A stretch of 62,557 nt of DNA, counting the filler, from Choristocarpus tenellus KU-1152 (Eukaryota > Protista > Phaeophyceae), in assembly GCA_964200185.2 (NCBI GenBank). It is 12 parts of 12 records of this genome, joined end to end, with 100 filler letters (N's around TTAATTAATTAA, not from the genome) between each part and the next. Parts side by side here need not be neighbours in the genome. Positions count along the whole stretch, not along the records: positions 11,975 to 19,553 come from CAXNAD020005936.1; positions 19,654 to 22,703 come from CAXNAD020022681.1; positions 22,804 to 26,431 come from CAXNAD020018865.1; 9 more parts are not named here. One strand, written 5' to 3'. Under the pieces are notes generated by a model. That model saw only the letters and a list, made by a program, of their open reading frames with translations, did no database searches and was not told where the DNA came from. The translations under genes and the position numbers were made by a program. Positions 12,104-22,825 of this stretch are shown here, piece after piece. Within the stretch, counting starts at the first letter, position 1; every line of letters begins with the position of its first letter.

Positions 12104-15100
12104 GTTCGTGTGGACCGTTGCAACTGGGGGAGTGTGTTTATTGGGGTCGCTCCAAGGTATTCATCTGCATGGAGTGGTTATGGTTTCTTGAACTACCGTG
12201 CATGTCAAGCATATGGTTCTGAAACCCTGTATGGGGCATACTATGCAGCAGGTATAGATCACGCTATGAGTTGTGTGTGGGTTTTTCAAACTTCTAATCA
12301 GACTGATTGTGCCATAGTGGTGTGGTGGGCTCCTTTGCCACGCAAGTCAGGAACAGGCTGTGTTGTATTCAAAGCCAATGTTTGTGCATTGCTTTGAAAG
12401 TGTGTGAGTAACCCTCGTTGCTGTCCTATATATCGAGGCAGAATTAGATGTTCTTCTCTGGATGTAGAAGTGCAGTTCACGTTGTTGTTTAGCGTTGTGA
12501 TTTATTGTGGTTTGGTGTGTGTTAAGTGTATTGGCTTGAAAGGCTTTTGTATACTCGGTTGGAAGCACCGAATGCTGCAGGGTGGTACTTGGAAATTCCA
12601 GGCAAGTGCAGCTCACATGCAATAAAAAAAGTCCAACTGATTCTGACCTAATTTCCGATTTTCAATCTCTATTTTCTTGGATTTTTCAAATGACGGTCAT
12701 TTACAACTTTTGCGGCATCGAAATCTTGATCTTGCCTTCGCTATGAGTCTTACGGTCTACTGTAGTGTGTTCACCACATGGAATAGAAACACATCGAGTA
12801 CTTTTTCCCTCTTTAGTAAGAGTAGAGAATTTTGAATTTTTGCCAGGAGTTGCTTTACTTCCTCTCCCTTCTAACATGCCAAGAGGGAGTAGCAGTGCAC
12901 TGCTTCTTGCATTTTGTGTGTGTTTAGATGTGACTCCTCACTGATGCACAAGGAGGTGCCAATGTATAATGCACACTGGTGATCGTTTTTTAATACATGT
13001 GTGTTCCTGTTTTTTTCCAGCTTTGACTACTGCTTACCATCTGATTCACAATGTGTCTTCTTGCCTTCATTTCAATTATGCAGGAGATCGTGTTGGTGTT
13101 TTGCTTGATATGGATCGAGGCACTGTATCCTTTGTGAAAGATGGAGACGACTTCAACATGGGACGCCCAGTGGTTGTTAACATGGGCATAGCTTACCACC
13201 ATCTCAGACGGCTGGGGCGCAGTGATGCTGCTGGGCGTTATGGGCTTGCCATGTATCCCTGCTTTGGCATGAAGTGCTCCGGTGACCAAATGACTGTAAG
13301 AGGTCAGAAGTGGCTCAGTCGACGTGGCCTTGGACATGCTCGGAGGGTTCGTCAGGCAGTGGATGCAATTGTTGCTGCTCGACAGCTTCAGCGGTCTTTA
13401 GCTATGGGGTCCCAGCCTCCCAAGGCCCTGATGAAGGCTGCACGAGGTCGGTACCTTCAATGGAGAGAGGGAAGACTGCTGAGCTACCCAACTCGTGGTG
13501 GAGTCAGCATTGATGTTGATGTGACGGATGCAGCCCTGTTGCATGCTGTTGGTGATGTTGCCGATGCCTTTGGTGGTATACAGGTGGGGCAAAGACTGGA
13601 CACACCCTATGGGGAGGGCTCTATTCTGGGAACGTTCCGAAGGGATATCTGGTTTGTGCTTGATGGGAATGACTCTGGCGCCTGGTATTGGACTCGAGAA
13701 GAATTGGGGGACCTGCTCAATAGTGCCAGGTTGCGACTACTTGAGAAGAGGAAGGGTAGTGGTGATACTGATGCAGGAGATGGGAAACCAGCACCACCTC
13801 CTATCCAGCACAATGCCTTAGGAGCGACTGACTCCCCCTCTGCCCAGAGTCATACCTCAGGCCCTGCACCAACTCCAGAAACAATCAACAAGATGAAGCT
13901 GGCTGCAGGTCCAACCCCCACGCAGTTTGCAGCCCTTGCATCAGAGGGATGGGGTTCATTGGCAGTAAATGAAGCTCTGGTACGGCTTGTTAATGTTGTT
14001 GCAGGAAGACAAGGTGTTTTGGCCTCTCACCTCAGTGCAGAGGACCTGGTGAAAGCCACAGAGGCCGCTGGTCCTGCCGTAGGTGGAGTCCTTGCTGGCC
14101 ATGGATCTGAGCAATTGGGTGCACGAGTCCTGCTGTTGCTTGAGTTCAATGAACAGATAGAGGGAGCACTTCCCCTGCTAGACTTGGCCCGAGAGGATTC
14201 TGCTCCGTTGGCACTGACAATACACGATCAACGATGGGCTAGTTGCGTGCCAAGTATGGATGTTGGGATTCGGAGTCGGTCGGGTAGGGCTGTGGCGGAT
14301 TTGAGGGGCCTGATGTTGACCCAGACCAAGGTGAATGATTCCTTTTGGGAATTTTGTGGTGTTACAGGCACCCTTTTGTGCATGAAGAGATTACCAGCAC
14401 CAGTAATTATTTTTGGTTATTGTAGATGAGTGATGTTATACACCAATTTTCCAAGAATTCTAGATAGCATTATTACTTTTTGGTCTGAATCTTTGAGGGT
14501 GGGAACATCAAGGACTTAAGTTAGTTTGCATTGTCGCTAGGCATAGATAGAGTTGGGCACTAGCAGCCAACATGATGCAAAGGCGGCGCAATTGAAGATG
14601 GATAGAGAGGGCTTCTGTCCACTGTGGAATGTTGTACAAATTTGGTGGTAATTGGAAACAGACTGTATTGGTGCCACCTGCCGCAATGTGTTTTGTAGAA
14701 GTTGGTGTTGTCATCCAACACTCCACAAAATGGAAGCTTCTGTCTGTCGTTTACTCATCCACCTGTATCTCTCATGGTCGATTCTTGATGTGTGCTGTTC
14801 AGATGCGATACTGGAACCTTGTTGTACAGGAGACAACAACCTTTACACTGCCAAACCCAGATGAATACGAACGCCCAGATGATATTCGAGAGGTGGAAGT
14901 TAACCGGGTCAAGGCACGAAGTGCAGCTGTAGAGGGGGATGCCTTGTCATTCAATGAAAAGCGGAGAGCGTCGCTCCTGGGGCAACTTTTCAAGTCAATG
15001 GCTGATTGGGATGGGCGCAACCTGCGGCGAAGTTTTGTACACATGCAGGTGTGAAAGACGCCTTGTGCTGGCCTGCAATCCTGTGCTGTAGACCTTGAGG

Positions 15101-16692
15101 GATAGTTTGTTACCCTGATATGGTTGGTCGGTCTTTTTAAAGACTGAAACTGCTATGCTTTACTCTCCCACCCCGTTGTTATCAGTTCAAAATTGTGAAT
15201 TGTGCTGCACTCGTTAACATGTGTGTACTGGTCCTCCTTTATAGTACTACTTGTACAATGGTTATGCATTTCGAGGCCCTGAATTTGGTATATAGCGTAG
15301 TATCTGCAGTGTATGCTGTGGCCCACATTTTTCAAGTTCTTAACAGGTATTTATGCGATAACGTCTTCCTACGTAGTGCTCTTCACTAAGTGTTACCTTG
15401 GCCTCATTTTGGTAAGAGGTTGCCATCTATGTGACCACAGTCTTCTACAACCCAACATTGATCTATCCTCTCCTGCATGTACTGTGTAGGATGCTGGTCA
15501 GGCACGGGCTTTCTATGTGCGTTTCAAGGGAGAGGGTGTTGATGACCATGGTGGGCCATACCGTGCTCTTTTCCAGACAGCAATGGGTGAGGAGCCAGCT
15601 GGACTACTTGGCCTCTTGGTTCCTTGCCCTAATGGGCGAAACCGCTACGGTCCCAATCAGGACAAGCTGTTGTTCAATGCCTATCCAGGTGGCAGTGCAG
15701 ACCCCCACCGCCTCATGCTCTTCCACCATATGGGAAGACTTCTGGGGGTGGCAGGACGACACCGTGTCCATGTACCATTGGCACTTCCATCCCTTGTGTG
15801 GAAGCCCTTGGTGGGGTCCACTTTGGGTGCCGGGGACCTAGAGGCCCTGGACAAAATGCTTGCCAAGGGACTTAAGGACATTGCTGCCTGCCGAATGGAT
15901 GCAGAGGAAGAACGAGAGATACTGGAAGAGGCATTGCTTGCCAATGCAGGGGAGGTGGGTGAAGGTGCTAAGGCTGGTGGGGCTGTGGGAGGATCAATAG
16001 GGGGCAGGGACAGTGGAGTTGAGGGTGGTGGAGGAGGGGGGCAGGGGGGGGTCAGTGCAACCAGTGGGAATGGTGTGGGGGGTGGTAGGGGCCGCTGGCC
16101 TTTGTCTCTGCTTCCTGCTCCTGGTCAGACATTGGATCCACAGCAGAGACGTCGTGCTGTGCGGGCAGTGGAGCAGCTGCGTCTGACAGCGAATGTGGAC
16201 TGCCTTGAAATTTTGTTCCGTGGTTTGGCAAGTGTGCTCCCGGTAGAGCTTCTTGTTCTCTTCACGGCAGCTGAGGTGGAGGCACTCTTCTGTGGTGTAC
16301 CAGAGGTAGATGTGGACCTACTGCAGCGTGCCACAGAGTACGATGGTGTAGGGCCGACAGAACCCCATGTGCTCTACTTCTGGCAGGCATTGCGGCGCAT
16401 GGACTCAGAGGAACGTTCTGCTTTTGTGAATTTCTGTTCTGGGCGCAGTCGGCTACCGGGCTCGGCAGCTGAATTTGCAATGAACTTCAAGCTGACTGCA
16501 CCACATAGGGATTACGACAAGCCTGACAATTATCTCCCCATTGCTCAGACGTGCTTCTTCAGTTTGGCCCTACCAAAGTATAGCTCTGCAGATATGTGCC
16601 TGGAAAAACTCCGTTATGCTATCAAGAATGCCGACCTGATGGATGCAGACTACCTTGTCCGCTCTGCTGATGGGTGGGAGCACCTGCGTTGA
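12104..16692 (+). CDS. SPRY-domain + HECT E3 ubiquitin ligase, 3' part (exons 12104-12251, 13084-14330, 14803-15048, 15490-16692); 5' end lies off the contig
   Basis: GT-AG junctions with matching phases join four ORF segments. SPRY motifs: VFIGVA, YYAAG|DRVGVLLDMDRGTVSFVKDG, MYPCFG. HECT motifs: VRFKGEGVDDHGGPYR, LLVPCPN, LFTAAEVEALFCG, YFWQAL, FVNFCSGRSRLP, and LPIAQTCFFSLALPKYS with the catalytic Cys. Stop TGA ends at 16692. Confidence 0.93.
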
Positions 16693-19337
16693 TGGATTAG
16701 GGCAGTGATACACTCCCATGATATGGAGGGGGATTTTTTGTTTTCCATTGTGGAACGTGTAGTATTTTGTGAAGGACTGTTTTGGTGGGGAGGGATGTGT
16801 GTGGATGCGTATTGTGGTGATGGTTTGTAGTGACGACTGAGAAAACTGCCTTCTCTGTCCAGTAGACTCTAGGCAGATGACTCTCATTGAAGTAGCATTT
16901 GCTGGCAATGGTGCAGTACATGGAGGGTTGTGGAAATTTGATTTGACAATAGGAGTTAATCATTGGTTGTTGAAAGCAAGGCACACAGACTGTGTATGAC
17001 ATGTATTTTGGGAGGTTGTGCTGAGAGGGATGATATGGATGGTTACCATTATTATTCTCCTCAGACATCAGTGAGAGAACAGGCATATCTATGGCTTATG
17101 GGGATGAGGTGGGGTTACAAGGTTGGCTGTTTGTCACCTCCCTTTCCTGACGATGTATTTTCTCTTCTTTTTATGCTATTTGATATGTTTTGTTAGAGTT
17201 GTTGTTTTCATTGAGTAGCGGATTCTAACTCGGGCAACAAAGTTCTTTTCCATAGTTCTACAAGTTAATAATGACGGAAGCTTCTTACAGTACAGTTCAT
17301 TGCATGATGACTGGATTTCCTTTCAAATTGGATATGTCATTCTTCTCCTGCCCCACACTTTCATTGAATTTTTCCAAGTCAGTTCCCTGTTCTTCAAGTC
17401 AGCATTATGTTTCTCCTGTATCATGTATGAACAGTCAGGATAGTGTGGGGTACATGATACGGGAGCAATCTACTTGAATAAAATAGCATGTGTCACTTTC
17501 AGCAAATATAAGTAGGATGCATTTGTTTGCCCTTCCTGCAAACTCTCTTATGGTGTGGTAAGAAACTACTTGCAAGTACCAAGTACCAAGCCTAGGCTGA
17601 ATTCCCAAGACTTCACCAAAAACCTAGCCACATACTGACCAAGAAACTGGAGCTCTACGTTTGGTTTGGTAAGCATCTACTTAGGAGAATAAACTGAGAT
17701 AGTTGCCAAGACAACAGTCCACCCTAGTCATCAAACCCCCAGCAGGGTGATTATATTACACTTGTAGGATTTCGAACTTACGTACTTTATCCAGTTAGGT
17801 GCCACCTACCTTTCACAGAAAGCACAGTTAATGTATCACAGGAAAATCCTGATTTAAACACTCACTGAAATGGATAATACGCCACACGTTTCCCTTGCAG
17901 ACGATCAAGGGCTGTTATGACTTGCTGGGTCCGAGAGAGCATACCTAAAGTTTCCTGTGTGTGAAAAATGTGTGACAGCATGACTGAATGATCACTCACA
18001 GGTCCGGTTCATGGTCATGAAGAATGTCATCAGATCTTATGGTGCTGACCCAAACCAATTAAGAGGTAGGCATGTTTGGATACTCTTAAATTTCAAGTCA
18101 TTTTTCTTACCCTGTGCAATACTCTATTTCATTACTTTATGTGCGCTGAAGTGTAGGAAAATTGGTATTCCCCCTTCACACACACGCAAGTGACACCACA
18201 GTTCAGAGCAAATGCGCTCTCTACGAGTGTACAAAATGACCCTTTTTTGCTCTTGGTTCACATCCTTCAAATGCAACCCTGCTTACCTTCCAGTTGGTTT
18301 GACTCTGCTACCAATATATACATACAATGTTTTACGTTGTGAATGGAGTCAATCTCATATTATAGATATGTAATATATATACAAGTACTAGTTTCATCAT
18401 TAGTACGTATCGCTGAACGTAAAGCAGCGCATATTGGTATCAGAATACCCTTCCCTTCTACTTCTATACTCCATATTATTGGTTTCTTCTCTGAACAAAT
18501 TGTATCGAGGGGAGGTTCGCCTAGAATGTGACTTCGTTTTATACTGTGTGGCAGGGCCCTGTTCTGCGATGCCTTCACAATTAAAGAATGGATGCAGCCA
18601 GTTCGAAGAAAGTTATGAGCAAGCTCCACTTTACACATGAAATCTTAGATCTAACTTTTCAACGGCAGGCACAGACCAGCCAATCAGATGTCTGTACGCA
18701 GGAGACATCCAAAACCAGTGAGTGGGGGACTGACAACACTACGGCGGGCAGAAAGTATCATGAAGAGAGCACGTGGGACGTCTATGACTGGCAATGTGAT
18801 CAGAGAGAAACAAGCAGGGCATAAAACCACCCAACCAAGGCACTACCACTGCATCAACCAAAACACCACCTGGAGGCTGTCACCTCAGAAACAGGAAGTC
18901 GCTTGTTGACAGTGCAGAGGAAAGGAATTGATATGTGTTGATGGTCCCATTGTTGAGTATTGAGTTGCATTTGGGGGTTGTATGGTGGAGACTGCATATT
19001 CAATAGTCTATTACAAATGATAATGCTTGTCCAGCATAGGTTGGTTTTTCCATGGTGGAAGAAACGGTTTTTGGAAGAGGCGTACATAATACTCACCATA
19101 TTAAAATTACATGTCTCGAGACGTCACATGAAACTCCCAAGGTCTTTTATTTCAGAAATGGTATCTATTGTTTTCATACGGTGGATATTCGCTCCTCCTG
19201 CCAGTTCTTTTCAACTAGGGTTAATCATATATGTTTTTCCTTCTACCATTTCTTCCCTTGATTTTCCTTGTCTTTCCTCCTGACACCGTCCCCCTTCTCA
19301 TGTTCCTTTTCCGATTACTGATACCACTAACAGGATC

Positions 19338-19452
19338 TCACCAAAATTGAGGATGGAGCATACTATGGAGGATGGGTTTGACCCAAAATGGTGCGCGGAA
19401 AGTGCCCATATATATATTTTTTGTAAATAATGTAGCGGCACTTTTTAAGGGC
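19338..19452. repeat. Interspersed repeat, probably a transposon end; second copy at 44793-44900
   Basis: TCACCAAAATTGAGGATGGAGCATACTATG.AGGATG.GTTTGACCCAAAATGGTGCG.GGAAAGTGCCCATAT is near-identical at both sites, and both lie close to contig ends. Confidence 0.8.
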
Positions 19453-19888
19453 CCCTTTTTGATTGGGATATATATTTTTTCAAAAACATTTCGGTGCTTG
19501 TGGAGGGCACCGCTGCGATTTGGAAGCGACCTCGACCAAGCCAAGGGTATAAGNNNNNNNNNNNNNNNNNNNNNNNNNNNNNNNNNNNNNNNNNNNNTTA
19601 ATTAATTAANNNNNNNNNNNNNNNNNNNNNNNNNNNNNNNNNNNNNNNNNNNNGGTGGTGTCTACGTGTATCAGCAGCACTATCTATGAACACTCTCCCT
19701 TGCTGCGCAGACGCTATACACCCTTAGAATATACTTCTCTGAGAACTTGAAGAAAGAAACAAACTTTTGCTAACTCTCTCAAAAACAATGCAATAAATAT
19801 ACCCTAATATCAAGGTTGACATTGGGTCTGTGCAGGTACAAAAACTCAGTTATCAATTCTAAACCTTTGTCCTACTGCAACCTCCCGT

Positions 19889-20244
19889 GGAAACATGATG
19901 GGGTCCTTTCTCTTGCAAGTCCTTAGCGATGTCCCATTGTGTCTCCCAAAATCCATGAAATGGCAGGGTCCTTAGCAATACATCCAGCGTCTCCTACAAT
20001 CAACGAAACCTCCCTAGTACATCACTACTACAGATCACTGGAACACAGATCCTACCTCATATCTACTTCCCTATTGTAGCCTCCAGGGGAAACATTATGG
20101 GGTACTTTCTCCTGCATTTCCTTTGCGATGTCCCATTGCGTCTCCCACAATCCATGAAATGGCAAAGTCCTTAGCAATACATCCAGCGTCTCCTACAATC
20201 AACGAAACTTCCCTAGTACATCACTACTACAAATCTTCGGAACA
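19889..20244. repeat. About 200-bp-period direct duplication inside the gag-only LTR element
   Basis: GGAAACAT.ATGGGGT...ATCCATGAAATGGCA..GTCCTTAGCAATACATCCAGCGTCTCCTACAATCAACGAAAC..CCCTAGTACATCACTACTACA occurs twice (about 19889 and 20088). Confidence 0.85.
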
Positions 20245-20560
20245 AAGTAATATGGTGGAACTGTCACTTCCTACCTATCTTATCACAATCTCTACGAACA
20301 CATCCTGGGGTGTTTTCTACTGTGGGTCCTTAGCCATACCAAAATGCGTTTCCCACGATCCTGGAAATATCCCTAGTGTAACGCCTAAAGTGACTCTTTG
20401 GAAAAACGTAGTACTAAACAATTGACATGTCACTGAAATACCATACACACAAAAATGAGGAAAACCTCTCCCTGACTAAAGTCAGTCTGCATACAACATC
20501 ACAGATGTCACTTGACTACTGTGGGTATGCACCAAAATACACAAGAGATGGGGGACAAAC

Positions 20561-21050
20561 TCAAATTAAGACATTTAGAAAGACAAACACAGAAGAAGAC
20601 AGTCGAAGAGAATAACGATCAGATTCACAAAAATAAGAGCCGATGAACCCTTCTAACCTTTCCATCCTATCAACAAGATCCTCTTGGTTGGAGGACGGAG
20701 GTGAAGCTGTCGACACCATATTGGCATACTTATCCCCTCTTCTTGGGGGTTTCCTGATCTTTTCCCTTGCCCGAACAGTCAGGGGACATTCATCATAGTC
20801 ATGTCCTATTCCCCTGCACCTTGGGCATCTTCCATCTTTATCTTCATCTCCCCCCATTCTCGTAGAGGCACCTGTGTGTCGTACCCTGTCCAGGTCGGGG
20901 CAGTCACCTCTCATGTGGCCATCTTTGCCACACATGAAACAGACTATGCGCCCCTTCCCGCGACCCTTTCTACCAGCAGCTTTACTACTCACGCTCCTTC
21001 CTGAAGCAAGGGCGTGATCATTCGGTTTTCGCCATCCATCTCCACGATTG
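20561..21050 (-). pseudogene. Gag remnant with two CCHC zinc knuckles
   Basis: CFMCGKDGHMRGDC and CPRCRGIGHDYDEC fit CX2CX4HX4C. The frame extends upstream through ...NDHALASGRS to an in-frame stop. Confidence 0.8.
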
Positions 21051-21909
21051 GAGAGGTTAAGTGCTTAAGTACTAACGCAGTTGGCACACCGTCTCCTAAT
21101 GTTACCGTAGCTGCTGAAGCACCTGCGCACTATCCTTTGAACTTGGGTGCAGCCTTCCTTACTCCACATCCAAATCGATCCTTCACAGACTATATCAGAG
21201 TCAAGTAGCGCAAAGTCGCAGCTACAAACATTTCGGATGACCTAAGAATGAACCGCAAAACCGAAGAAATCTACTCCCTACTTCCCAGCTAATGTGAGGA
21301 GGTTGGCGACCCTGATGGGGTTGCCGGCAGATGTCTTGTTCACAATAACAATGCTCACCACCAGTCTTGTCGCTTCGCACAACGTCACAGGAATATTCGG
21401 TCCGCTACGTAGCGTGTTGAACTATCCCACACTGGACCCGCGGCGTTTTTGGTGCTTTAATGAAGGACAAAGGACAGCTTGATGTAGATGAGTAAGGTTA
21501 ATATTACAGGGGTCTTGTGGTCTCGATTCCGCTTACTGAGCATGTGGATGAGACTAGCCTATACTACCTTATTATTATTCTACAGTGTGGGGTTTGTAAT
21601 CGTCCACACTAATTTACTATGAATCACTTATTTATTTGTCTTAACTTCTATAGGAAGTGCATCTTGAACATGATGTAAAACCAATCAACACTATGAGTCA
21701 GTACATATAATATATCTGTCACTGGCTCTCCATCCTATTATCTAATCCACCGGTGGTGTCTACGTGTATCAGCAGCACTATCTACGAACATGTTATACTT
21801 AGGAGGATGCAGGGGGACGTATCAAGAAATGTCTATACTAGTTGGAGATTATAACGTATGTAGAATAAAAGGGAGGATGTGTAGCGTGTGTGGATTGGGG
21901 GGGGGGTAC

Positions 21910-22703
21910 CTGACCTTGTGACGATAGACTGTCCTGGAGGAACCTTGCGGTCCCTATGGAGGCACCTCTCTTCCTCTGGCGTTGGATCCCTCAGTGTGTA
22001 TTGTGTCTTGGTGGCCTTCATTGTCTCCACCAAGGGCGAGGTTCCCGGCATCCGTACCCCGTTCAGCTTCAGCCTCCTGGCGGCTGACTTCACCACAGCT
22101 CCAACTCCATCCGCCATGGATTTGCCGTGGCACGAGGAGAAGAAGTTGTGCACCACTGAAATCCCCATCTTCGCAATTGCCTGGGAACCCCACCACATCT
22201 GCCACCGGTGTTTAAACTTACTACTGCATCCATCAGACCAGATGTGGAGGACCTTCAGGGTCTGACCATATTCCCGCGCCAAAGGCATAAAGTGGCTGCC
22301 GATGAAGATCTCCAGAGCGTCCTGAACAAACTCATTGTCCTGACTCCGGTCTTCACTACAAATTGTAGTGCTGTGAGCCCATATCCTTCCCTCCCCCAAA
22401 TTTTTCCTTCCCTCGTGTCCCTCAACCACCAAACAATGGCCAAGAGCGCTGTCAACAATAGATTGAAAAATTCTTGTTGTGTTAGGTCCTGGTGGCTGTG
22501 TGGAAGCTGGGAACTGAAGTCAATAGACATGGCAATGTGACCTTTCGGGAGTCGGGATTTGCAATGCTTATGCTGCCGTGCCTGCCAGATGGTTGTGTTG
22601 TGGCGAAGGAAGAAATGACTGTGGAAGTTGGTGAAGAGGACCTCGAGGAGTGTGGGGAACCCCTCTGTCCGTGGGAATAGGACCTGATCTTACAGATGGG
22701 GGG
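21910..22703 (-). pseudogene. Sola2-like DDD transposase fragment, frameshifted
   Basis: Motifs in order: HFFLRH..WQ..K.RLPKGHIAMSIDFS..HQD..QQEFF, ICSEDRSQDNEFV, LHIWSDGCSSKFK, HNFFSSCHGKSMADGVGAVVK. These fit the DF(S/A)..SDG..HGKxxxDGxG pattern I recall for Sola2. One frameshift near 22420. Confidence 0.65.
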
Positions 22704-22825
22704 NNNNNNNNNNNNNNNNNNNNNNNNNNNNNNNNNNNNNNNNNNNNTTAATTAATTAANNNNNNNNNNNNNNNNNNNNNNNNNNNNNNNNNNNNNNNNN
22801 NNNCCCCCCCCAGTTACTTTGACCC

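Larger units (their letters stand above)
19654..21790 (-). mobile_element. Non-autonomous Copia-like LTR element with only a gag remnant (5' LTR 21415-21790; partial 3' LTR 19654-19692)
   Basis: The 376-bp LTR runs TGTTG...GAACA and its terminal 39 bp recur at 19654-19692. A polypurine tract (minus strand GCAAGGGAGAG) abuts the 3' LTR. The internal ORF has two CCHC knuckles. Confidence 0.82.
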
